Below, in pieces: positions 11,229-21,604 of a DNA stretch of 64,000 nt; the stretch's first letter is position 1, and each line of letters begins with the position of its first letter. The notes under the pieces were generated by a model, which had not been told where the DNA came from, did not search any database, and saw only the letters and a list, made by a program, of their open reading frames with translations. Both the position numbers and the translations under genes were made by a program. Source of the stretch: Malacoraja senta (Eukaryota); the NCBI GenBank assembly GCA_038087875.1, contig JAXLNO010004584.1, positions 186,001-250,000 of the forward strand. Reading direction: 5' to 3'.

Positions 11229-12254
11229 GAAAAGGACAGATAAAAGCATCCGTCAACTCCGCCTCACAGCGCACTTCCATGGGAAGGAGTCCCCGCCCCC
11301 CACTGATGACCCCTTTTCCCGTCTCCAACGCATCCCCTCCTCGTGGAAACCCCCTCGTGGCCTTCCGGCTTTAGAACTCTTTATCAAAAACTGCCGCCGT
11401 GACTTCAACCGCCTCAACTTCTCCGCTCCCCTGTCTCACTCCAATCTCTCCCCCCCCTGAACGCACTGCCATTGACTCACTCCGCAACAACCCAGATTGG
11501 GTTATCAAACCCGCCGACAAGGGAGGTGCCGTGGTAGTCTGGCACGTCGATCTCTACAAAGCTGAGGCCACGCGCCAACTCTCGGACACCTCCTCCTACT
11601 TACCCCTGGACCATGACCCCACTGACGAGCACCAGGCCACCATCTCCAGCACCATCACCGACTTCATCAACTCTTCCCTTGCAACCGCAAGAGATGAAAC
11701 ACTTGTCCCTTCACCTCCCCCCTCGACTCCATTCAAGGACCCAAGCAGTCGTTCCAGGTGCGACAGAGGTTCACCTGCATCTCCTCCAACCTCATCTATT
11801 GCATCCGCTGCTCTAGATGTCACCTGATCTACATCGGTGAGACCAAGCGGAGGCTTGGCGATCGTTTCGCCGAACACCTCCGTTCGGTCCGCAATAAACA
11901 ACCTGACCTCCCGGTGGCTCAGCACTTCAACTCCCATTCCGTATCCGACCTCTCTGTCCTGGGTCTCCTCCATGGCCAGAGCGAGCAACACCGGAAATTG
12001 GAGGAACAGCACCTCATATTCCGCTTGGGCAGTCTACATCCTGGGGGCATGAACATTGAATTCTCCCAATTCTGTAAGCCCTTGCTGTCTCCTCCCCTTC
12101 CTCAGCCCTCGGGCTGTCTCCTCCGCCTTTTTCCTTTCTTCTCCCCACCCCCATCACTCTGAAGAAGGGTTTCGGCCCGAAACGTTGTCTATTTCCTTCG
12201 CTCCATAGATGCTGCTGCACCCGCTGAGTTTCTCCAGCATTTTTGTGCACCAAT
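11229..12254 (+). mobile_element. Penelope-like element with the RT internally deleted
   Basis: N-terminal IKPADKGGAVVVW is fused to the GIY-YIG region (NLIYCIRCSRC..IYIGETKRRLGDRFAEH); 3' terminal repeat ends gtgcacc. Confidence 0.9.
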
Positions 12255-12975
12255 GAAATTCTTGCTTTGCTTCAGCACAACAGAACATAGAAGGCATTGA
12301 CTACAAAACAGATCAGTGTGTCCAGATATCATTATATAAATATATACACACATGAATAAATAAACTGATAAAAGTGCAAATAACAGATAATGGGCTAGTA
12401 ATGTTCATAGTTTTGTTCGAGCCAAGTTTAATAGCCTGATGGCTGTGGGGAAGTAGCTATTCCTGAACCTAGTCGTTGCAGTCTTCAGGCTCCTGTACCT
12501 TCTATCTGAAGGTAGCAGGGAGATGAGTGTGTGGCCAGGATGGTGTGGGTCCTTGATGATACTGCCAGCCTTTTTGAGGCAGCGACTGCGATAGATCCCC
12601 TCGATGGAAGGGAGGTCAGAGCCGATGGTACACAAAGATGCTGGAGAAACTCAGCGGGTGCAGCAGCATCTATGGAGCGAAGGAAATAGGCAACGTTTCA
12701 GGCCGAAACCCTTCTTCAGACTGGTCAGAGCCGACGATGGACTGGGCAGTGTTTACTACTCTTTGTAGTCTTTTCCTCTCCAGGGCGCACAAGTTGCCGA
12801 ACCAAGCCACGATGCAACTCTACAGCATGCTCTCTACTGTGCACCTGTAGAAGTTAGAGAGAGTCCTCCTTGACAAACCGACTCTCCGTAATCTTCTCAG
12901 GAACTAGAGGCGCTGATGTGCTTTCTTAATAGTAGCATCAGTGTTCTCGGACCAGGAAAGATCTTCAGAGATGTG
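12255..12975 (-). mobile_element. Rex1/Babar LINE 3' fragment, interrupted by a Penelope-derived mini-element
   Basis: ORFs ISEDLSWSENTDATIKKAHQRL and DLPSIEGIYRSRCLKKAGSIIKDPHHPGH. Confidence 0.8.
12627..12722 (-). mobile_element. 96-bp Penelope-terminus-derived mini-element with a hammerhead core, 12-bp TSD
   Basis: TSD ggtcagagccga at 12614-12625 and 12723-12734. Confidence 0.8.
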
Positions 12976-15383
12976 CACGCCCACCTGGTGGAAACCCTTC
13001 CCCGGATTATTCTTACCGTTGGATAGGTGCATGCTGGAGTAACTCAGCGGGACAGGCAGCATCACCGGAGAGAAGGAATGGGTGACGTTTCGGGTCGCTT
13101 GGAGGGACCCCGGAGGGTCAAAGCCAAGAAGGTCAACCAGCGGCCGCGACCTGATGCAACTAGGAATAGGTGCTTGACTGAGAATGCAATAATGCAAACA
13201 CTGGTCTCACTGCCCACCTACGTTCAGGTGTACAGGGCAAAGCGAGGAGATTTCTAAAGAAAGCTAATCTTGTTTTCAATCAGCTTCCTGTGGAGGCAGA
13301 GAGAAAGAAACAAAAAAGGAAATAGTTTGTTGTACTTGAGACCTGGACTTAAAAGAAGAACCAGAACAGGTTATCAGGACTTTGAGCATTTTGGTGATTG
13401 CCAAGAATTGGCGTGTTTTAACTCGGGCGAGTGTGATCTTCCTCAGATCCAAACCCTCATTGATTCTCATAACTGTCACTGACAGCTTGATGGATGCTTG
13501 AAAGGAAATCAATATCTGGCGTTGTATGCGGCGCTGTCTGTTGGATTTTCTCGCTCGAACTATCCGAAGCTATTCGGTGACAAGATCATTCATTTGGTTT
13601 GGCTGCATTCGTTCAGAACCCAGAGCCTCCTGCGGCGGTGATAGAAAAGGCGCGGTTGAAACGTGTTATTGACTGGAAACTGTCTCGGTGAGTTTGCAGG
13701 GTTTGTTGTAACCGCCGTTCTGTAAATCCCCGCACAGCCAACGCACTGGGTCAGAAAAAAAAGAAAGTTGGAAGAAGAGGAGGTCCGTGCCGCTCAGACA
13801 GCGGGCCTTGAAAAGAACCGTTCGCATTTCATTCATCTTCGGCTTTCATTTTTTAAACATTCCGTGTGCGTGTGTTTTATTTTAACTCGAACTCCACCCC
13901 CTCTCGGTGGCAGTGATGAGAGGGTTTAGATTCTGGGGGATTTTCCTGCGGTTTCATCGGGAGGAGCACTTGAGAAGAAGTTGCTGGGCATGTTTGCCCG
14001 AATCGCTGCACCTGTAACGGGACGGCCGTGGATTGCCACTGACTGTGTTCTGTTCCCAAAAGCATTCACAAGAATACCGAAAGGCTGTAAGTATAACCCC
14101 CTCTGGCAGCAACCGTTGCTAGTCTTTAATCTTGCATTTATACACGCTGTACAAGCGGCGATGAGTAAGTCACTTCTGGATTTTGCCCCTCGTGAAACCC
14201 AGTACACGGTGCTGCGGCGCTTCCCCTGCAGATTAGCTGCGGTGCACGGGTGGTTATCGGCTGGTATGTCTGTCCCTTTCAGCGTGCGAAGCGGACTCGA
14301 TTCACTGAACTCAAGAGACTATAGGAAGCACCCCGCAGGGGTCAATGCAGTCGGCGAGTTTAAACTGGCGGGGAGATTTGCAAAGGCTACCGGGGAGACT
14401 TTAAACTAGAACGGTTGGGGGGTGGGACTCAAATAGAGAAAGCTAGTGGAAAATGTGGGAGGCAGGAGGCAGAGAAGGGAAGCACTCGGACCCAAAATGT
14501 AGGGGAGAAAGAAGAAAAAGATAATAAACAGAGAATAAGTGGTGGTGGGTTTCTTAAATGTGTATATTTTAATGCTCGGAGCATTGTAAGAAAGGTGGAT
14601 GAGCTTAGAGCCTGGATTGACACCTGGAAGTATGATGTTGTGGCGATCAGTGAAACATGGTTGCAGGAGGGCTGTGATTGGCAAATAAATATTCCAGGAT
14701 TTCGTTGCTTCAGGGGTGATAGAATTGGAGGGGCAAGAGGTGGGGGTGTTGCATTGCTTATCTCTTTAGTAATTGACTCCAGCATCTTTAGTATCCCCAT
14801 TATTATCTCTTTAGTAATTGACTCCAGCATCTTTCCCACCACCGAAGTCAAACTAACTGGTCTGTAATTCGCCGTTTTCTCTCTCGCTCCTTTCTTCAAA
14901 AGTGGGATAACATTAGCTATCCTCCAATCCACAGGAACTGATCCTGAATCTATTGAACATTGGAAAATGATCACCAATGCGTCCACTATTTCTAGAGCCA
15001 CCTCCCTGAGGACCCAGGGATGCAGACGGAGTTTGTAAAATATGTGCAAGATAGTTTTTTGCAGCAATACATAGAGGTACCTACTAGAGAAGGGGCAGTG
15101 CTGGACCTCCTGTTAGGAAATGAGACAGGGCAGGTGGCGGAGGTATGCGTCGGGGAGCACTTCGGGTCCAGTGATCACAATACCATTAGTTTCAATATAA
15201 TTATGGAGAGGGTCAGAACTGGACCTAGGGTTGAGATTTTTGTTTGGAGAAAGGCTAACTTTGAGGAGATGCGAAAGGATTTAAAAGGAGTGAATTGGGA
15301 CATGTTGTTTTATGGGAAGGATGTAGAAGAAAAATGGAGGACATTTAAGGGTGAAATTTAAGAGTACAGAATCTTTATGTCCC

Positions 15384-17396
15384 GTCTGGCGCGTCGACCT
15401 CTACAAAGCTGAGGCCACGCGCCAACTCTCGGACACCTCTTCCTACTTACCCCTGGACCATGACCCCACTGACGAGCACCAGGCCACCATCTCCAGCACC
15501 ATCACCAACTTCATCCACTCCCACGCCCTGCCCGAACGAGCCTCCAACCTCATCGTTCCCCAGCCCCGCACAGCCCGCTTTTACCTTCTCCCCAAAATCC
15601 ACAAACCTGACTGTCCCGGTAGACCCATTGTCTCTGCCTGTTCTTGCCCCACCGAACTCATCTCCACCTACCTCGACTCCATACTATCCCCCTTGGTTAA
15701 ATCCCTCCCCACCTATGTTCAAGACACCTCAGACACTCTCCGTCATCTCCGCGCATTCCACTCTCTAGGCCCTCACCCCCTCATCTTCACCATGGACGTC
15801 CAGTCACTGTACACCTCCATCCCCCACCAGGATGGTCTCAAAGCCCTCCGTTTTTTCCTTGACCGGAGAAGCAATCTATACCCGGCCACTGACACCCTCC
15901 TCCGCCTAGCGGAGCTGGTACTTACACTTAATAACTTTTCATTCGACTCCTCCCATTTCCTCCAAATACAAGGCGTAGCTATGGGCACACGCATGGGCCC
16001 CAGCTACGCCTGCCTCTTTGTCGGGTACGTAGAACAATCCCTGTTCAATGCGTACCAGGGCCCCATCCCCGACCTCTACCTCCGCTACATCGATGATTGT
16101 TTTGGTGCCACATCCTGCACCCACACACAACTGACTGACTTCATCCGCTTCACCACCAACTTCCATCCGGCACTTAAATACACCTGGACCATTTCCGACA
16201 CTTCCCTACCATTCCTTGACCTCACTATCTCCATCGCAGGTGATAGACTCCTTACCGACATCCACTACAAACCTACCGACTCCCATGGCTATCTGGACTA
16301 CACTTCTTCCCACCCTGCTTCCTGTAAGGACTCCATCCCCCACTCCCAATTCCTCCGTCTACGCCGCATCTGCTCCCAGGATGAGGCGTTCCACACCAGG
16401 GCATCTGAAATGTCCTCATTCTTCAGGGAACGGGGGTTCCCCTCCTCCACCATAGATGAGGCTCGCACCAGGGTCTCTGCCATACCCCGCAACACTGCTC
16501 TCTCTCCCCATCCCCCCACTCACAACAAAGGCAGAGTCCCCCTAGTCCCTCACCTTTCACCCCACCAGCCGTCACATACAACAAGTGATCCTCCGTCAGT
16601 TTCGCCACCTCCAACGTGACCCCACCACTCGCCACATCTTCCCATCTCCCCCTATGTCTGCCTTCCGCAAAGACCGCTCCCTCCGTAACTCCCTTGTCAA
16701 TTCTTCCCTTCCCTCCCATACCACCCCCTCCCCTGGTACTTTCCCTTGCAAACCGCAAGAGATGCAACACTTGTCCTTCACTTCCCCCCTCCACTCCATT
16801 CCAGGACCCAAGCAGTCGTTCCAGGTGCGACAGAGGTTCACCTGCATCTCCTCCAACCTCATCTATTGCATTCGCTGCTCTAGATGCCAGCTGATCTACA
16901 TCGGTGAGACCAAGCGGAGGCTTGGCGATCGTTTCGCCGAACACCTCCGGTCGGTCCGCAATAACCAACCTGAACTCCCGGTGGCTCAGCACTTCAACTC
17001 CCCCTCCCATTCCGTATCTGACCTCTCTGTCCTGGGTCTCCTCCATGGCCACAGCGAGCAACACCGTAAATTGGAGGAAATGCACCTCATATTCCGCTTG
17101 GGCAGTCTACACCCTGGTGGCCTGAACGTTGAATTCTCCCAATTCTGCTAGCCCTGGCTGTCCCCTCCCCTTCATCAGCCATCTGGTTGTCTCCTCCCCT
17201 CCCCCAACCCTCGGGCTCCTCCTCCCTCCTTTTCCTTTTTTCCTTTCTTCTCCCCACCCCCTATCAGTCTGAAGAAGGGTTTCGGCCCGAAACGTTACCT
17301 ATTTCCTTCGCTCCATAGATGCTGCTGCACCCGCTGAGTTTCTCCAGCATTTTTGTGTACCTTCGATTTTCCAGCATCTGCAGTTCCTTCTTTAAC
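15384..17396 (+). mobile_element. Penelope-like element (RT + GIY-YIG), 5'-truncated, 13-bp TSD
   Basis: TSD atctttatgtccc at 15371-15383 and 17397-17409; RT motifs FYLLPKIHK, GVAMGT and YLRYIDD; GIY-YIG region YCIRC..YIGETKR. Confidence 0.95.
17269..17296 (+). ncRNA. Minimal type I hammerhead ribozyme core in the Penelope 3' terminal repeat
   Basis: CUGAAGA-A-GGGU(UUCG)GCCC-GAAA-CGUU, with palindromic ACGU in place of stem III. Confidence 0.6.
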
Positions 17397-20300
17397 ATCT
17401 TTATGTCCCTGTTCGGTTGAAAGGAAATAGTAAAAAATGGAAAGAGCCATGGTTTTCAATGGAAATTGGACACTTGGTTCGGAAAAAGAGAGAGATCTAC
17501 AATAATTATAGGCAGCATGGAGTAAATGAGGTGCTTGAGGAGTATAAAGAATGTAAAAAGAATATTAAGAAAGAAATTAGAAAAGCTAAAAGAAGATATG
17601 AGGTTGCTTTGGCAAGTAAGGTGAAAGTAAATCCAAAGGGTTTCTACAGCTATATTAATAGCAATAGGATAACAAGGAATAAAATTGGTCCATTAGAGAG
17701 TCAGAGTGGACAGCTATCTGCAGAGCCAAAAGAGATGGGGGAGATATTGAACAATTTATTTTCTTCGGTATTCACGAAGGAGAAGGATATGGAATTATGT
17801 GAGGTAAGGGAAACAAGCAGAGTAGCAATGGAAACTGTGAGATTCAAAGGAGAGGAGGTGCGGACACTTTTGAAAAATATGAAAACGGATAAGTCTCCAG
17901 GTCCTGACAGGATATTCCCTAGGACATTGAGGGAAGTTAGTGTAGAAATAGCAGGGGCTATGACAGAAATATTTCAAATGTCATTAGAAACGGGAATAGT
18001 GCCGGAGGATTGGCGTACTGCGCATGTTGTTCCGTTGTTTAAAAAGGGTTCGAAGAGTAAACCTAGCAATTATAGACCTGTTAGTTTGACGTCAGTGGTG
18101 GGCAAATTAATGGAAAGGATACTTAAAGATAATATATATAAGCATCTGGATAAGCAGGGTCTGATTAGGAACAGTCAACATGGATTTGTGCCTGGAAGGT
18201 CATGCTTGATTAATCTTCTTCAATTTTTCGAAGAGGTTACTAGGGAAATTGATGAGGGTAAAGAAGTGGATGTTGTCTATATGGACTTCAGTAAGGCCTT
18301 TGACAAGGTTCCTCATGAAAGGTTGGTTAAGAAGATTCAATTGTTGGGTATTAATGGTGGAGAAGCAAGATGGATTCAACAGTGGCTGAATGGGAGATGC
18401 CAGAGAGTAATGGTGGATGGCTGTTTGTCAGGTTGGAGGCCAGTGACTAGTGGGGTGCCTCAGGGGTCTGTGTTGGGTCCACTGTTGTTTGTCATGTACA
18501 TCAATGATCTGGATGATGGTGTGGAAAATTGGATTAGTAAGTATGCAGATGATACTAAGATAGGTGGTGTTGTGGATAATGAAGTAGATTTTCAAAGTCT
18601 ACAGAGAGATTTAGGCCATTTGGAAGAGTGGGCTGAAAGATGGCAGATGGAGTTTAATGCTGACAAATGTGAGGTGCTACATCTCGGCAGGACAAATCAA
18701 AATAGGACGTACACGGTAAATGGTAGCGAATTGAGGAATGCAGTTGAACAGAGGGATCTAGGAATAACTGTGCATAGTTCCCTGAAGGTGGAATCTCATG
18801 TAGATAGGGTGGTAAAGAAAGCTTTTGGTGTGCTGGCCTTTATAAATCAGAGCATTGAATATAGAAGTTGGGATGTAATGTTAAAATTGTACAAGGCATT
18901 GGTGAGGCCAATTCTGGAGTATGGAGTACAATTTAGGTCGCCTAATTATAGGAAGGATGTCAACAAAATAGAGAGAGTACATAGGAGATTTACTAGAATG
19001 TTGCCTGGGTTTCAGCAACTAAGTTACAGAGAAAGGTTGAACAAGTTAGGTCTTTATTCTTTGGAGCGCAGAAGGTTAAGAGGGGACTTGATAGAGGTCT
19101 TTAAAATTATGAGCGGGTTAGACAGAGTGGACGTGGATAAGCTTTGCCCATTGAGAGTAGGGAAGATTCAACAAGGGGACATGACTTGAGAATTAAGGGA
19201 CAGAAGTTTAGGGGGAACATTAGGGGGAACTTCTTTACTCAGAGAGTGGTAGCTGTGTGGAATGAGCTTCCAGTGGAAGTGGTGGAGGCAGGTTCGATGT
19301 TATCCTTTAAAAATAGATTGGATGGGTATATGGACGGGAAAGGAATGGAGGGTTATGGTCTGAGTGCAGGTAGATGGGACTAGGGGAAGTATTTTTTTTT
19401 TTAATGTTCGGCACGGACTTGAAGGGCCGAGATGGCCTGTTTCCGTGCTGTTATGGTTATATGGTTATATGGTTATATGGATGTGTCTGGGTTTAAGCGC
19501 TTCATTTTTGTGATTCGCACGGGAGTATGAATATTGTCATTTTAAAGTGTCAGGTTTGGACACCGCAAGAAGCAGCTTCGAACCTGCCAGTCTGGAAGTT
19601 TGCAACATCAGAGAGACGGGACGAATATGAATTGTTCTGTTTGATCCACCATCCAACACCTGGAATAAGAGCCAATTGCAATGCATTTGAACACAGACTT
19701 ATTACTTGCGAAGTTCACTCGGATCGCACAGCGCCGGCTTTAAGCGGTGTGCAAGTCCCCGAGTCCCGAGAAATAAAAGAATTGTGCGCTTAATAATATT
19801 TTCCTTTCGCTGGCGAAGATTCAGGCATGTTTATATTAGTAGGTATGTTACAAAACTTACCTTCAGTAATTCTGCCACTGGCCGTGTGCGCGAATTTGGC
19901 GCCTTTAAGGGGGGGCGGGGTTAAAACGCGGGTTTCTCCTCCCTTGTCCTGGGAATATTTTGTTGGAGTACAAGCCTTGGCTGACAAAATCGTTCCTACC
20001 GGCGTTTTGTGAATTTTTTATTTTTATTAAATCGTCAATGTCAGCACTACAGTAATTTTAAAAGCAGCTCCTGAAGCGTCAACGCCGATAACGGGGACGG
20101 ATTTCACACACGGGACAGGTAAACGAAAGTGCTTTCTTTAAACGTATAAAAGTGCTTCTTAAGAAGCCTTTAATTCACATTTTGTCATGCGACACGGTGA
20201 TTTTATTCCCCGAATTAACGGCAGTATTTTTCATGCCAATACGGGGTTAAATTCACCGCAAATCAACGTTCCAAAAGATCGTGTTCCAGTAATCCTCACT

Positions 20301-20948
20301 CGCAAAATGAATTAAATCCCCATTAATTTACAGGTATTAAACATTCAATTCCTTCCATTTGGCCTGTAAATTCATGAAAATGAGATTTAAAAAATATGTT
20401 ATATTGTGAATTATTGTGTGAATGTTATTTGGACACTTAGGCTATTTAAAAATGTTAATCTATTCTTAAGAAATTGATAGATGTTTAGATCTAGTAATTG
20501 AAATTTGTAATTATCTACAATTAGGTAACTAACTAATTATATGCTTTAATTTCATGTCTTCGAAGTAAGGATTGTTTCATATTTGTTTTCAGAATGCTTC
20601 AATCTATAATACCTGAACATTTCTTTCAGTTATCATAATTTTTAAGAAAGTTATGGGCTTTTAACTGTCCTCGATCACAGCTTTTGTGTTAAGTCAATGG
20701 AAAAGCAATAGGGAACTAGATGCTAATTTCTGAGTATGATAATGGCCATAACTATTTTAATACTGAAGATATGAAAGTGAATTAAGTGTCAAATTAAACT
20801 TCTTTTTATGCTTTATCTGATGGGATAAATTGCAGACTTTATTTTTAAAATCTCAAAATTTTGTAACATTGCTAATATTAGCAGTGCTCGCCAGTTGATA
20901 ATGATCAGATAATTAAGCAGTGATGACAAACGCAATAAATGCAATATC

Positions 20949-21148
20949 NNNNNNNNNNNNNNNNNNNNNNNNNNNNNNNNNNNNNNNNNNNNNNNNNNNN
21001 NNNNNNNNNNNNNNNNNNNNNNNNNNNNNNNNNNNNNNNNNNNNNNNNNNNNNNNNNNNNNNNNNNNNNNNNNNNNNNNNNNNNNNNNNNNNNNNNNNNN
21101 NNNNNNNNNNNNNNNNNNNNNNNNNNNNNNNNNNNNNNNNNNNNNNNN
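20949..21148. other. Assembly gap (200 N)
   Basis: Run of exactly 200 N, a fixed length typical of a scaffolding join. Confidence 0.98.
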
Positions 21149-21512
21149 ATCTAGAGATCATCTTATCCCAGGCTATGAATTTTTCTCGGGGAACATTAAT
21201 TGGGAGAGATTGGAATAAATATAGTAGTTTAGGTAGGATATTCATTTTTACCGTTTGTATTCTGGCACTGAAGTCTCCAGGAAGGGTAGACCACCTTTCA
21301 ATATCCTTGATGTTTTCTTCAATTTTGTTATAATTAGTTTCAAACATGTTGGAAAGTGTTTTGGTTATAGTTACTCCAAGATACTGCATCGTTTTAGAAT
21401 TCCATTTCAGATTATATGCGTCTCTGATTTGTTGGGATGGAGAATAATTGAATGAAAGAATTTGTGATTTTGTTATATTTAGTTTATACCCTGAGTAGTA
21501 TCCATATGTTTC

Positions 21513-21604
21513 TGAAGAAGGGTTTTGGCCCGAAACGTTGCCTATTTCCTTCGCTCCATAGATGCTGCTGCACCCGCTGAGTTTCTCCAGCATTTTTGTG
21601 TACC
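21513..21604 (+). mobile_element. 92-bp Penelope-terminus-derived mini-element with a hammerhead core, 13-bp TSD
   Basis: TSD atccatatgtttc at 21500-21512 and 21605-21617, interrupting L1 ORF2. Confidence 0.85.

Larger units (their letters stand above)
14357..19480 (+). mobile_element. CR1 LINE (end of ORF1, ORF2 EN+RT, 3' tail) carrying nested insertions
   Basis: ORF1 end LAGRFAKATGETLN*; EN start CVYFNARSI...ISETW; RT 17417-19189 with YADD; (ttatatgg)n tail. Confidence 0.95.

Noticed and set aside
13733-13762. cacagcc-12 bp-cagaaaaaa as a recombination signal sequence
   Set aside because: Both heptamer and nonamer are poor matches and there is no adjacent V/D/J coding end.
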